Source of the DNA: a virus
Taxonomy: Duplodnaviria > Caudoviricetes
Direction: 5' to 3' (one strand)
Virus record (IMG/VR): IMGVR_UViG_3300043220_000070
Coordinates: 11,577-75,576 of that record
Length of the DNA: 64,000 nt
Shown here: one piece after another, positions 63,892 through 64,000 of the stretch
How the letters are laid out: each line of letters starts with the position of its first letter
How positions within the stretch are numbered: the first letter of the stretch is position 1
The notes under the pieces: model-generated
Seen by the model: the letters and a program-made list of their open reading frames with translations, nothing else
Databases searched by the model: none
Told to the model about the DNA's origin: nothing
Program-made: the position numbers and the translations under genes

Positions 63892-64000
63892 GGGTTGGGG
63901 GTAAAAGAACAACGTGGGAGCAGGGGCGGTTAATCCCCGACGTTCCCACGTCGTTAGCCTGGGGTTGCCCATCGACCAGACAGACCACTCCCAGGGGGGC

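Noticed and set aside
1-64000. Alternative genetic code (stop-codon reassignment)
   Set aside because: Core genes are intact in code 11 and end in TAG, TGA and TAA with coupled downstream starts
1-64000. Prophage or temperate module
   Set aside because: No integrase, recognisable CI/Cro switch, partition genes or flanking host genes in the window

Overview
This 64 kb window is most or all of a GC-rich, tailed dsDNA bacteriophage genome, probably podovirus-like. No host genes, integrase or obvious repressor are visible. Two arms converge at ~29.1 kb. The + arm (1-29109) carries many small early ORFs and a complete replication/recombination set: SF2 and DnaB-like helicases, DnaG primase, gp32-like SSB, RecA-like recombinase, a split SbcC plus SbcD, a resolvase-like nuclease and a UDG-fused family A DNA polymerase. 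It continues with a second, apparently dead PolA paralogue, a nucleotide-processing cluster and a GH25-like endolysin. The - arm (29106-63841) encodes terminase, portal, large ejection-type proteins, scaffold, major capsid protein, adaptor/tail proteins, fibres and holin-like peptides. Five HNH genes, one LAGLIDADG gene and an internally deleted EndoVII-type remnant are interspersed. The most notable observations are: the catalytically degenerate PolA paralogue; a tail-fibre gene split at a C10 tract; a TTGTG-N3-CACAA palindrome arrayed at 17-bp period and reappearing beside late promoters; one small beta module inserted into three virion proteins; an ART-like segment in the ejection protein; and a double frame break at the start of the main tail protein. 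All family assignments come from motifs recognised by eye; no searches were run.
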